From Heptranchias perlo (lineage: Eukaryota), in assembly GCF_035084215.1 (NCBI RefSeq), contig NC_090358.1, forward strand, positions 11,532,001 through 11,596,000: 64,000 nt of DNA. Reading direction: 5' to 3'. Position numbers and translations under genes: made by a program. The notes beneath the pieces were generated by a model. That model saw only the letters and a program-made list of their open reading frames with translations, was not told the DNA's origin and did no database searches. Position 1 is the stretch's first letter. Each line of letters opens with the position of its first letter. Below are positions 13,005-26,318 of the stretch, one piece after another.

Positions 13005-13395
13005 TTAAAATATTTTAAATCCTTTAAGTAAGGTTAGCGTGGGAGTTCTGCGCTTGGTTTGAGCTCTTGCTGACTTCACAGTAACAAGTTTAGCTGAAGT
13101 GATGGTAGGAATTTCCTTGTAGGGTGCAGTAGACAGTCCTTGTGTGCCAAATACAGGTGAGTGATGTTTAAGGGCCTGGGCAAAGGCAGGAGGATGGGCA
13201 ATACTCAACACGGGCTTCTCCTCAGAAATAAAGAGAGGTCTGACAGGAAGGTGACGCTCAGTCTCTCGTCTCACCTCACGAATCAATTCGTGGAACACAT
13301 GCTGCACAGACTCAAAGTCCAAACAGGCAGATACTTCATAAAATGAGCAATTATATTTGGATGTCAGTGACAGTCCATCAGACTTGCTTACCTGT
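13005..13395 (-). CDS. RASL12: RASL12 exon 5 (last)
   Basis: tttag| acceptor; QVSKSDG...FYEVSACLDFESVQHVFHE (G5 box)...RPLFISEE...AKLVTVKSARAQTKRRTPTLTLLKGFKIF*, the RASL12-type C-terminus without CAAX. Confidence 0.97.
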
Positions 13396-14527
13396 CTAAA
13401 AACAAAAAATTGATTTTTTTTTTTCAAAACATGGTAATAGTAATAGTTAATAAAACGCAAATATCTAAAACACTTTCAGACATTATGGATCTTAAAATGT
13501 AGATTATTTGAAATAAATTTATATTGTTTAGAACGCTACCATGCTTTGATAATTTCTAATATAGATGTTTAAGATAAAATCACAGTCCACCATTTTGTTT
13601 TGATGTGTGCAGAAAATAACATAACCAAAGGCTAGCCTCATAACAGACAAACAGTGAGTATTTTGAATTCATAGATATGTTTTCTGCTGAATGGGAACAG
13701 CAGCGCTATCCATTATTGTTACATAAATAAAGAATATCCCTAAGTCCCCAATTCAAATCCCTTTTAAAGAGTGAATCTCCCATCGGAGCTGTGTCAAAAA
13801 GCAAAATTTGAAAGAATCGTGATCAGGGCAATGCAGTGGTCCAATGCACTGATCTATAAAGTGGTGGGACATAGGTGTGCACCTGCAGTATCCCAGATCA
13901 TCAGTTTCCATTCATAACTGTGCCACTGTAGGGAAGTAGGCTATGCACTTCCATCTAGGGGCGGGGATGAGGCATCTTGAGGTAGGTAGTTGGTTACAGT
14001 GGCACCAAAGGCTGGGAAACTGATCACCTACCATCCCTTTTGGCAAGGAATGGTGTGTGGTGCAAGAAGATCAACAGAAAGAAGGGGGTGAAAAATAAAT
14101 ACATCAGGACGGGAGTCTCAACATTGTTTTTGTTTCTCTTTGTCAATATTTATTGACTTTCTGAATATTTTATTTAAATTATGAGTATTGGTGACATCTC
14201 ATAATGGTAGAATAAGGTTGGCAATGTTATACAAGAGATGAACTGACTGTTTCACAGGGCAAGATCCTAATTCATCTTTCACATTTTCCTTTGCAACACT
14301 GATCCAGCTCTGAGGAATGGCAGAGCCCTGGTGGTGACCATATTGTTTCTTGTGACAGATCTTACCGATATCGCATAAAGAGCAAGTTAAAGTGGCAGAG
14401 ACAGATCACAAAGATAAATATGAATGAGGGAGTCCATTTGGCCCGTCTAGCTCATTCTTCACCAGCTTTTACCACATATGCAGAACCAAAAGTCAGTAAG
14501 TGATTCTGTTATCCCACCAGACTCCAA

Positions 14528-16228
14528 GGGCCCGATATTAGGAAGGAGGCGGGTTACCAGCGGAGGGTCGACTGGGCGTGTGGGTAACCCGCCCAGTAAA
14601 ATCGGTGGGTTCCCCACGCGATCGTAAGTAAATTGAAGCCACTTACCTTGGCTTCCGGGTTTCACGCTGGAAAGCTGCGCAGCGGGTGGACTGCGCACCC
14701 GCATCATAGGCTGTCAGCTGGAGGAGCCCTATTTAAAGGGGCAGTCCTCCACCGACTGATGCTACAGAAAGGAGCCAGAATTACAGCATGGTGCAGCCCA
14801 GGGGGAAGGCTGCTCCCAGGTCCTACTAGATGGGGTGAGGAGGAGGGGGAGGACAGAGATCTTCTCCCCGGCGGACGGGAGGAAGTGGCCTGCCTCTGCC
14901 ACCATGAAGGCCTGGCTCGAGGTGGCAGAGGAGGTCACCAGCACCACCAACATATCGCGCACCTGCATACAGTGCAGGAGGCGCTTCAATGACCTAAGTA
15001 GGTCACCCGAAGTGAGTACACTTACTCATTCCCCTGCACTCGGTCTGCCACATCACCACCCCCACTCCACATTCCCTTCTGCACTGCCAACACTACTCTG
15101 TCACCTCACTCCTCACACCCACTCAAAGCTCATCCTCATCTTACCTGCACTTACTCACCTCGCCAGTACTCATCCCACCACTACCATTCAACCCAATCCT
15201 CATACAATCTCATGGCTCTATCTCATACTCACCCTCTGATGCATCTCTTTCACGGTCAGCCTCACCCAACCTGCCACTACCTGTGCTGCAGCCACAGGGC
15301 ATGCATCATATATGTGCAGTAGGAAGCGTAAGGCAAACGTGTCATGAGCATGAAGGGGATGCACAAGGGTGTTTGAGAGTTTGTCATGGTTTTTACTTAT
15401 ATTTGATTTCTGATCAACTCACATTACATATTATATTGTCACCACTACTGCCACGTCTTGGCCATTCTTGACCGGCTTATGCAATAATGCCCTTTCATGA
15501 GGTTCTCCGTGAACACCCTTGATACCACCCATTGGGTCACCCTACAGTGGGTGTATGTGTAGTTGCACGACTACTTTGTGCAGGTGCCTGTTGCGCAGCA
15601 CTGTGTTGTGTAGCTCCACGTGGTGGAGGTGGACGGCATGCCTGGGGAGGCTGGTGATGTTGCTCGTCCTCCAATGGAGTGATGAATGCAGCAATGGAAT
15701 CCCCCCCCTCTAACCATCCTGACGGTGTGAGTGTGTTTGGACAGCAGAGTTTAGGGTATGATTTAATAATTTGGGGTGTGGAGACAATGGTGTGGCAGGC
15801 AAAACTTTGTCTGAGGTGACAGAGTGCCCTGCTGCAATGAATGAGGGTTTACCCCGCACCTGTTAAATGGACCTTAGCAGCTGCCACTGGCTGCTGGCTG
15901 CAACGCGTCTGTTTAAAAGGGAGTGTTTCCCCCAGCATGGGAAACACGCTCTGGGTAGTCCAAAATCCGAATCCTCCTAAAATCTCCAACTAATAAGGTC
16001 TGTAAACGACCTCAAGTACCCAGATAATGATCTTAAGTGGGATCCCGCCGGCTTTGATTGCCGGTGGGAATCTCGCATGCGGGGGCTGCGCGCGCACCGA
16101 TTTGCGACATTGGGGAACCCGGAAGTGGGCGTGTTGGAGCCGGGCTGCGGACCCTCTCCGGGGATCTCCAATTTTAGGAGCCCCCCCCGCCACAAATGCA
16201 CCCGCTCGGCCACCCGAAAATTGACTCC
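14528..16228 (+). mobile_element. Internally deleted PIF/Harbinger transposon with Myb/SANT-like ORF remnant (RASL12 intron 4)
   Basis: Imperfect TIRs gggcccgatatt and aaaattgactcc, TSD CAA; ATG at 14788 MVQPRGKAAPR/LLDGVRRR...KAWLEVAEEV...RTCIQCRRRFNDL, then gtgagt donor. Confidence 0.8.
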
Positions 16229-17147
16229 CAAAGGAGCAAATCATTTTCAAAAATGTTACATGTTCAAGTGGCGATTTAGATCTGACAGTTAGTTTGCTGA
16301 GGTGGAATGTCCAATTCAGTGATCTGTTCCACATAGTGACGTCACTTGAGATATCAAAATGGAATGCAAGTATTTCAAAAGACCTGAATTCATCTGGATT
16401 TCATAAAAAGGAAAATGGGTGGAAAATGTAGCTGATGCCTTTGTTATTGTGAACATATCATTTTACATATGTACACTTGTATGCAGCTCTGAGGAGAGAA
16501 GAGTTCCAAAGACGTCATGACCATAAATAGCTCAAACTCTGCATCTTCACTTTTTTTTTGTTTTTCTTATTTTTCCCTCGCTCTCCTGGAAGCATTGTGT
16601 TTTGTTCAAATTAATTTTCCGGGAACTTTACTGTTTTTATTTTTTATATCAAACTCATGTGAAAAATTGAGGGGGGTGGGTGAAATATACTTTCTGGGTG
16701 AAAATTGGGGGAAAGTGCAACATTACAAAAAAACTCAGTAAAAAGTTTTGTGTGTCTGTTGACTTAAGTCTCCTTTCCTGGTTACATAGTTTTCTAATTT
16801 ATTTAGATTATACAAATTTTTCGATCATGCACTGGAAAATAGATTAGAGAAAATACTACAGTCCACACCAGCTGGTACTACACAGCAGAAAGAAATGTGC
16901 AGATCCAAGTCTCATGAGACTCACAAAGAAATCGCAACAGTACAGAATTCATAGCTGGCAAGTCACTCCATTTGTGGGTTGAAACCAGTTAAAACTCATT
17001 AAGAATAATTTTGGTATCAGGAAATTTATGAGTGAAAATCTCAAAGTGAAGAACTTATTTATAGACTGAGTGGCAATGAAATAAACAAGCCCTTTAAATT
17101 CTGCCACTCCTGAGTCACTCATTTCTATTTTGAATTATATTTCTTAC

Positions 17148-17338
17148 CTGTATCTCTCCATGTCCAGTTTATTCCCCAGCAAAATAATTGGATAGTCATA
17201 TGGTTGTCCTTTGGCATGACTAGAAATTACATTTAGATAATGCAGGCACCCTTCAAAGCTCTTCCTATTATCAATGCTGTAGACGACAATAAATGCATTT
17301 GCCCAGTTCAGGTAACGTTCAGAGTTGATTGGTTTGTC
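17148..17338 (-). CDS. RASL12: RASL12 exon 4
   Basis: DKPINSERYLNWANAFIVVYSIDNRKSF...PIILLGNKLDMERYR (G4 NKLD); AG/GT boundaries, 191 nt. Confidence 0.95.
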
Positions 17339-19252
17339 CTAGTTTTCAAAATATAAATGATTGTTCAGTGTTATGCAGTGTCATAGCAGGTGCATTATTA
17401 ATTTAGAGAGGTATCTGAAAACTACTTGCAAGAACAAACACACACATATCTAAGCAAAGCATAAACATAAGCACAGATACACTAAAACTCATCTTCGTAT
17501 ATATTCATGCATGCAGTACAATACAATATAGCAATTAACAATTATCCAATACAAATTAGATACTGTAGCTTTATTCTAATATTTGAAGAAAAAATACTTG
17601 TTTTAATCATTTGTTTCTAAAATAAATGGAGATAATGTTCAGTGGACTACAAACCTTTTGGCTAGTCACTTGTGTTGGTACAAGGTTAAAAAAAAACAGA
17701 TTTTATGTAATTGCAACTTACAGATTTTGCTGGGCAGTCTGCTCTGAAGCTATGCTTATGCAGCTGTTGATGCATATCTCATTTACAATGAGATTAAATG
17801 GGATAGAGGAGCAAAAAAAATAAATCACTAAAAGTAGCTACATAAGTTGATAAGGCCGTAAAGACTCTTCTCCAGGGCACTCAATGACAGATTAATGGAT
17901 TAGACTACACGCACTTTCTCATTAAAAGTATTTGTTTCGTTTCTTATCTCTCTCTCTTCATGGTCTCCTCTGTGCTTGTGGCAGTTTTTTTTTCATTTCT
18001 ATTCTTCATTTTTTCTCTTGAGTTCAATTTGTGAAAACTACAACTTGTATTGTTTCTGCACAGACAATTGCGCTGTGTTTAAAGACGAAAATACAAACAT
18101 TCTCCTGCGCAGCAACTAACAATACAGAGGTAAGGATTCCTGAAATTGCTATGTGTAAGTATATTTGTGGAGATTTCCTCTGCTAGTTATTTTTGACAAA
18201 ACCATGTTCTAAAGGAATACCATTTTACTGAAATTAAAAGTCTAAAATATCTTCACAAATGCACTCCCAATGTCTTAAAACGTGTTTTGATTTTATAAAC
18301 TACATCAGTGCCCAGAGTTAATTACATACATGGAGTCAAAGTTATTGTATTCGCTGACAATTAATTGAAAGTGAGAAAATTTAAAAATGTGTCTCTCCCC
18401 ATCACAGTGCATTTGAATTTCGTTCTAAAAACTAAAGCAGGCTTTTGAAGCAGAGGTAAAAAAAATATTATGGCAAAAAACGGTCAGCAAACAAGGCAGG
18501 AAAACCTAAAACATGTAAGATAATTAAAAATGCAGATGCAGTAAACAACTGGAAGTTCCTGTGGAAAGTTGAAAATGGGTGTTATTCCTAGAGTATGCAG
18601 TACAGAAGTTAAGTCTCAACAAAGACTTCACCAGGGACATTTGCATTACCACAGTAAATTATCAGTTTATAAGAAATTTGTAGTGTAATAGGCATTAGTG
18701 TTATATCCATAGATTATCTATGACTGCAGATTATAACAAAGCCCTCTAATTTTACTGGACAAATGTCCATTTCATATTTATCCATTATGATCTTTGTTAA
18801 ATGACACCCTAATTGACATAGTTTATTGTTTAATTGTTTTGATAAAGAAAAAGCTAACCAGAAGCAATGTAGTTTCTGTAACTTGTGATGGCAGATGAAG
18901 AATGTATACAAAATGCAATCTTTCATCTGTCATATAAAATACCAAAAAAATACCTTATCCTACTTCCAGAAAATACAGACTGCACTTAGAAAATTGTCAC
19001 TACATTATCTTGTTACTTTAAAACTCTATTAAATGTTGATCTTAAATGTGTCTTGTGTCATTTATTTGGTCTTCAATTGAAAGGGCATAAGTGTAACCTT
19101 GTAGCCAAGTTAACTAGCTTTAAATTAAATAGCCCAGCAACAATGAGGTATTTGAAAAGTTCAACAACTCAATCTCTTAACTGTCCATTTAATCACTTTT
19201 TTTGGTTCCATGGATGCTCAGATGTGAAAAGTTTGGTTATATGAATCTGCAT

Positions 19253-19390
19253 AAAACAATGATGTGGAGATGCCGGTGATGGACTGGGGTTGACAATTGT
19301 AAACAATTTTACAACACCAAGTTATAGTCCAGCAATTTTATTTTAAATTCACAAGCTTTCGGAGGCTTCCTCCTTCCTCAGGTAAATGTT
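19253..19390 (-). mobile_element. Penelope-like element terminal fragment with minimal hammerhead motif (19349-19385)
   Basis: Near-identical to 28369-28455 and 35200-35288; minus strand CTGAGGA-aggaggaagcctcc-GAAAGCTT. Confidence 0.75.
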
Positions 19391-19467
19391 CAGGTAAATG
19401 GGTGTTTTAGTATTGCAGCTACAATGTCCTGCATATTCCCTTCTTCCACTGCAAAAGCCTTTATTAC

Positions 19468-19541
19468 CTGATCGGCTGTATCCATTATTTTTAAGAGGAC
19501 TGGCTGGTTATCCACGATTTCTTCAGTAGTGTAGGTATCCT
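19468..19541 (-). CDS. RASL12: RASL12 exon 3
   Basis: EDTYTTEEIVDNQPVLLKIMDTADQ (G3-like box); ccag| and |gtaata boundaries, 74 nt. Confidence 0.95.
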
Positions 19542-20688
19542 CTGGAACAGAATAATATTGTCAGCAGTGAACGGTTATTGGATCATCAATATCAATCGTA
19601 ACACAATGAAAACAGAAGAGCAAATAATGTATCCATTTGCTCTTCGTTTTATCTTAGATTGCAAAAGCCTTTGTTGAGAAATGTTGACACAGTGACAATT
19701 TACCTCGGTGATAAGTGAGAAAGTATAGGGTTTCTGATAAACACAGAAGTCATTTCCTCTATTCCCACACACACTTGTCACTTTCTTTAAAAGAAATTCA
19801 ATAATTAATACATGACTACATAGGATAGAGTTTCACATTGATACTCTTGAGTTGAATTACTTCAATAATTTTGTATCAGTGCTCTTAAAGGGTGAGATTA
19901 GACAGATTAATATTGTAATAGCCTCAAAAATAGTGTGGACATCAACTGTTCCTGGTATAGAGCAAGGATATGAGTTGATGTTTTGGAAAATTACGGGCAG
20001 GGACTATAAACTATTACAGAATATGTAATTATTTTCCTTCTACAAAAATAATATAACTACAGATAGATTAGCAGCTGTAACCAAACGGATTAGCTGTGGC
20101 ATTTTTACCCACTAAAGATTCTGCCCTGAAGTGTTCGTGTTACAGAAACTTGATTACCGATAGTGCACATGAATTCTCACCACTTGTACTGGTGCGTTAG
20201 GTGAAGTCAACTTTTTTTTTAAAAAAAGCTTTTATTGTCGATTTAATTACTGATGCCTTTTTATAAATAAATCGTCTCAGGAAAAAAAAGCTTAGACGCA
20301 AAGCTCCAGACTCGGTGAGGAACTAACACAAGACAAACAAAAAATGCTTGGAATCATTGTCATTGCATGGGTAGAAAACTTGTCCAGAGACCGGGGTACG
20401 TTTAACAGTTGTTGACTGTCGCTTACTGAACTAATGGGGTCACTTGTTCCCAGACTTACGGCCCCCAACGGGAATATCTGTAGCTGTATTCAAGAAGCAT
20501 TGGACAGACACAAGAAGAGAATTAACTCACAATGCAATGGAAATAACCGCACCGAGACCGGCTGTAGTGGGACTGACCTCAATAGCAGCAAGTTGTAGCT
20601 TGCTAAAAAATTTCCTTAGGTTAGATTTTCATATGAACAGACGGAAAAACATTCTTAGAAATGTGTAAGAAAATTGTACGGCACTTAC

Positions 20689-20745
20689 CTAGGTAAGGAT
20701 CATACTCGCTTATGAATCTTTTCGTGAGAAACTTCACAGTCAGAG
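20689..20745 (-). CDS. RASL12: RASL12 exon 2
   Basis: ALTVKFLTKRFISEYDPYL; tctag| and |gtaagt boundaries, 57 nt. Confidence 0.95.
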
Positions 20746-21152
20746 CTAGAGAATCAAAACATTAGTGTTTAGTCTCACTAAAACTTTGAAAAGCATCAAC
20801 TATAACGTTAACCGGTATAGACTAACTAATCGATGACATAGGACAGCTCTTGGTAATACCACTAACTCCCTGTAATTCAAAGCATGGTCATTCATGCAAT
20901 TCAACTGGGCATTCCTCTGGTCGCTGTCCATTTGCGAAAATTTCCTCTATTTGCTACTTAGCTAACGAACGACATTCTCCTGTTCCTATTCTCTAATTTC
21001 TAACGAAATCGTCACGTCTACGATTTCGCTAGAAATAGCGACCAGTGGAGATCCTCTGGATGGAATGGGAAATGTTCTGACACCAAGCAGTCCCAGTACC
21101 TGTGCAGAAGGTGGGGGACAGATGCGGACAGGAGGAACGGCGAGTCTCTTAC

Positions 21153-21291
21153 CAGATTTGCCCGACCCAGCGCAGCCGAGGATAACGACGTTACATTCCG
21201 AGGTCGGTGCCTGCAGAGCCCTGTCCCGATCCGAGGCGGCGGACAAAGTAAGGACACCGCCGGATCTGACTTTCCCAAACATCGAAGACAT
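21153..21291 (-). CDS. RASL12: RASL12 exon 1 (coding part); five exons total 852 nt = 283 aa
   Basis: MSSMFGKVRSG...ECNVVILGCAGSGKS (P-loop), donor |gtaag; lies in a CpG-richer region at about 21.1-21.6 kb. Confidence 0.95.
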
Positions 21292-21393
21292 TCTCCGCTT
21301 GGCTAAAACATCGCAACTTCCACCTGCCGATTGGATTTGAAAAGGGAGGAAGCCGCACTGTATCCCCAGCTTCAAGGACCAAAAGCTTCAAAG

Positions 21394-21428
21394 ACACACA
21401 CACCACACACACACACACAAAAAAAAAC
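21394..21428. repeat. (CA)n microsatellite plus A run upstream of the RASL12 start
   Basis: acacacacaccacacacacacacacaaaaaaaaa. Confidence 0.9.
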
Positions 21429-22254
21429 ACGGTCTCCAACTCGGAGAGGCTGTTGGACGGAGCGACGCCCCCCTCGGTCGATTTGCGGGAGCCAGACTCC
21501 CGGGTGAAGTGTTGAAAGGATTCCTGAGGATGTTTGAATCGCAGCCACATTCCTTGTAAGGAAGTCGACGCTTTCTCCTTTACGTGCACATCTGCACAAC
21601 AAACAGAAACAGTGTCTAATCAACAAATAGCTGTGGGGTTAGCAGATGGTCTATAAATGGGGCTTTAAACATCAAAGCGAGCCGCCCCCTGCTTTTAAAT
21701 GCCTGAACATTAATTCAGGGGAGAAATCTACCGCTGATAACACATTCACACCAGGGAGATGTGGGACCGCCTCACCCTCTCAACTCTCAAATCCACAGTC
21801 CTTCTGAGCAATTTGCAGTGATTTTTGAAATGAGATGTTCTCCTCCAGATATCACAAACTGTGGAACAGAAACATTTTTATGCCACCGATTCAGTCGGAC
21901 CCAGGAGCTTCCAAAAGCTACTTCCCAGGGGAAGCTATGAATGATTTTCGCCAGTCCTAAATCGAAATTTCCATTCGAGATTAAAGCACTCGGTCTAACG
22001 TCAAGCACTTCTATTTTCTGCCTTATTCTGTTTCTTTATTGAGAAGCTCGGGAATCATTGAAGATTGAAATTTTCTTGGTGAAATTCGGCTGTCTGTACT
22101 GAGAAGAGATCGACCTTAAACTGGAGGTGAACACTCTTTAACTACCCTTAAAGGGTAACATTATCTAAATTAAATCCCTTCACGAGGGGCCAATATTTTC
22201 TCAAGAACGCCTATTAACTATTGTAGCCTACATGCTGCTGTGTTGTGTAGAAAT

Positions 22255-22470
22255 TAGAATAATACAGAACCCAAAGAGGCCATTCGGCCCCTCGAGCCTA
22301 TGCTGGCTCTTTGAAAGAGTTCTACAAATATTCCCATTCCCCTGCTCTTTCGCCTACAAATTAAGCCTTTTTAATTACATATCCAATTCCCTTTTGAAAG
22401 TTACTATTGAATCTGCTTCCACCACCCTTTCAGGGAGTGCATTCCAGATCATAACAACTCGCTGCATTAA
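22255..22470 (-). mobile_element. CR1 3' end fragment
   Basis: QRVVMIWNALPERVVEADSIVTFKRELD plus ggccattcggccc 3' UTR motif. Confidence 0.85.
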
Positions 22471-22799
22471 ACCCACCTTTTCACTTCTCAGACCCAGGGT
22501 GAAAAGTAGCCGGTTATTTAAAATCTCTGGCTCCTGCTGCCAGGCTTCTACATTGAGTGAGTTCCTACCATGTGAATTAGGCTGAGAGAACATAAATTGG
22601 TGTCGAACTAATATTTTCAATCAATTGGACCATTACGATGGCTGTTGAAGGAAATGTGTTGCAAGGATTGGGGATTGAGACACATTGCGTGGGCTGCATC
22701 AGGAGCTTTAACCCTGAGAAAAATTAGATAACATTTCCGTTTCCTGGGTTACCACCTTGGTGAGTGCAGAAATTCACTAAAAACTAAGTGCTCTTCTTT

Positions 22800-23243
22800 A
22801 AATATGAGGAAAGATTGGATAGGCTGGGATTGTTTTCTTTGGAACAGAGGAGGCTAAGGGGAGATTTAATTGAGATGTATAAAATTATGAGGGGCCTAGA
22901 TAGAATGGATAGGAAGGACATATTTCCCTTAGCAGAGAGGTCAATAACCAAAGGGCATAGATTTAAAGTAGTTGGTAGAAAGATTAGACGGGAGTTGAGG
23001 AGAAATTTTTTCACCCAGAGGGTGGTGGGGGTCTGGAACTCACTGCCTGAAAGGATGATAGAGGCAGAAACCCTCATTGCATTTAAAAAGTACTTGGATA
23101 AGCACTTGAAGTGCCGTAACCTACAAGGCTATGGACCAAGAGCAGGAAAGTGGGATTAGGCTGGATAACATTTTTTCGGCTGGCGAAGACATGATGGGCC
23201 AGATGGCCTCCTTCTGTGCCGTAAAATCTATGAATCTATGAAT
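22800..23243 (+). mobile_element. CR1 3' fragment
   Basis: YEERLDRLGLFSLEQRRLRGDLIE...FFTQRVVGVWNSLP; tail (aatctatg)n. Confidence 0.92.
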
Positions 23244-23319
23244 CAAAAATGTAGGTATTTGTTATGTTTGGGTTGGATGGGGGAATTGTGACTAATAGAA
23301 CAATCCCAAAATCCTTATT

Positions 23320-24800
23320 GATCTAGAAAGCCATTCAGCCCATCTTAATTTATCCTTCCAGAAAAACACTGCACCTCCCCCATTACTACATTTAGTTGTT
23401 TCATAAATGTTTCCAGGGTTTTTGCCTCCACCACTCTGCCTGGAAGTCCATGACTGCATGAAGAAGAACCTTCTGATGTCAGTTCTAAGGTTACCTTTTA
23501 CTAGTTCGAACCTGTGCCCCTTGTCCTACTCCCACAATTTAATTTCCAGGCAGAAAAGCCCAAACCTCTCCATTCTTTCCTCATAACTCAGATCCCTGAC
23601 ATTAGGGATCAGCCTCTCTGCACTGCCTCCAGCACTTGAGTATCTCCCTTGTATCTCAGTGACCAGAACACGGACACAGTATTCAAAGTGTGGCCTGTTC
23701 AGAGCACCATACAGTTTGGATCACAACTTCTTCTGACTTGTAGTCTACTTTTTTGGCTATGTGGTTCAAGGTTCTATTGGTTCTGTTAGTTGCTTCTATA
23801 CATTGTTTGGACATGTTTAGTGTTGAGTCTACTAAGACACCGAGGTAAGAGACTTACAGCTTCTTCCTTAGTTATTTCAACACCATTCATGAAGTATGTA
23901 CGTTGCCCATTTTTCCTTCCTAGGTGCAATACTTTACATTTTTCTGCATTAAATTTCATCTGCCATTGTTTGGCCCACTTATATATTTTGTTTATCTCAT
24001 TATGTAATGTCTGGGCTGCCTCCTTTGAATTCACTGCCTCTCCGAGTTTGATACCATCTGCAAATTTGACCATTTTGCATGGAGTTTCATAATCCAAGTC
24101 ATTGATCTAAATTAGAAACAGTGGTGGTTCCAGTACTGAGCCCTGGGGCACCTCAGTCAGTACTTCCTCCCTCGCTGACATTACCCCTCTAACCAGTACC
24201 TGTTGCTTTCTAACCATCAGCCAATTTCATATCCACACCCAAGATTTGAAATGAAACACCACAGCTTTGAACTTAATCGGTAATTTTTTGAGTAGAAATT
24301 TATCAAAGGCCATTTGGAAATCTAAGTACATAATGTCGTAGGGTTTCCTGCAGTTGACTTGGGTTGTCACTTCCTCAAAAAAATCAAGGAACTTGGTTAG
24401 GCAGGTCCTTCCCCATCTAAAGCTTGACTCTGGGATAAGTACTATTTAACCCTGAAGATTTGTTTCATGGCCTTTCAGTTTGTCTAGGTCTTCAATCTCA
24501 TTTATATCAAAGTCTTGAATTTTGCCTTGGCAATCTTTTTGGGGAGGCCATGTCTTCCATTGTGAATACTTTGCGGAAGCAACCATTCAGAATATTTACT
24601 ATCTTGTGCTCATCCTTAGTTTCAAGACTATTTGCATTTTTTAATGTTCTCACCTTTTCTTGTGCTATTGTAGGACTGAAAGAATTTTTTAGTGTTATGC
24701 TTTTCCTCTGTGGAGATGCTTTATTGCAGGCCTCTCTTTACCCCTCAGATCACCCTTCTAACCTCTGTTTCCATGTAATCCTGCATTGATCCCAGTGAGC
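23320..24800 (-). mobile_element. Decayed CR1 ORF2 fragment
   Basis: KFADG...WAKQWQMKFNAEKCKVLHLG; [13 protein letters not shown]-like and LDFQMAFD-like motifs. Confidence 0.8.
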
Positions 24801-26318
24801 TCCTTTTCCTTTCTCCCTGCACGATTTGTAGAGGTCATTCATTGAAAAGAATAGAAAATTGCTTTGTTATACTTTTTAACACTGTCTAGAGAAAATGATT
24901 TTTGGAGAACTTTGTTCAGGCTCGCACTACTTCACAGTATTTGGCCAGTAACATTCCACATACAGACAAAAAGCAAATACAATCACGTATTTGGCATTCT
25001 TGAATTCAGTCTCAGCACTTATTAGTTGGTGAAAATACTTGAAAAAAAATGCAAAGTATTTTTCTAAGCAAAGAGATGTACAGGAATTCTGCATTTCCAC
25101 ATGTCCCTAGTTGTGATGTTGTACTGAGTATTCACTTACAGAGTTTGTTAACCATTAGCTTGTTCAGTTGCTATTCATGTCAGGTAATGTCTCTTCCTTT
25201 GTGCACTCATGACCCAGGCTGGATAGTGTCACTGCATGTCCTGTAATGTTTCTATTTTTGAATTCCTGCCTTACATGCGGAAAGTGTAACTATAGCAATC
25301 AAATTTTTGCTCGTATTAGTTAAATTGATTAAACATCGTATTTTCCAGCACCAACTCAACAGCTACAGAATTCTTGCTGCAGCTCTTTTAAATCGATGGT
25401 TAGTTGCCTTGGCAATTTCTCAGTGCGTGAAGTAAGCTAAAAAGTTGAACCTTACAGGAATCAAATGTTTTACTGCAATCATCAAAATAACAGAGTAAAC
25501 AGAATCAGCAGCTCAACTAGTTCTCCAAGCAGGACACATCACCATTTATTTCAGGAAAGCTGGGAGAGTCCTAGGATGCGTTTACATTGTAAGTTTCACC
25601 TTGTTGCAAAAACGATTCCAGCTTCACACAATGCTAAACTGGCAGCGTAAATCTCGAGCTGGGGCCCAGCCTGATTCTGGAGTGAAGCAGAGTGAGCTAG
25701 GCTTGCAAGCTTTGATTTGACTGCACTTGGAGAGGAAATCTGATGCCAAACTGCACAAAATGCTCAGGGGAGGGTCCTTTGGATTCCTTGGATGCTGTGT
25801 AAACTTACCTACTGTTACTTTATAGAGCAGAAATTCTCCCCTCCCTGCTCTCTAAATATTTACAATTGTAATTTTTGGGAGAGCTCTCTGCTTATTTATG
25901 TATCCAAGCACTGACACAGCTCTCTCCCAGACAGGACACTTAAAGTTCGAGTCAAGCAGGCGCCAAGCAATGTGAACAAGCATTCTGCCTGGTTGGAACC
26001 TGAGTTGCAGATACTAGTCTGACTGGTAGCTGTGGTGGTGATGCACCTTTACAGACATGCAGATCCCTGGTCCCAAACTGACATTTTTTTCTCACCAGAT
26101 AACAATTAATCTCTAGCAAAACTAATCGAGTCTTATTACCATGGCAACTACAAGCTAAGAGCTAATGGTTGTAAATGTCATCACCCTTATCAATATGTTA
26201 TAACCTAGTCTTTGCCACATGTCTCCTGTTGATCAACCTGATTATTGCTGGGCGAAATACGACTCTGGTATGATCAGAGAAACAACAGAAAACCAGCAAC
26301 AATGATACACTGATAGGT

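Noticed and set aside
20986-21375. 129-aa ORF as a complete protein
   Set aside because: Only 21153-21291 is RASL12 exon 1; the rest is UTR and intron read-through
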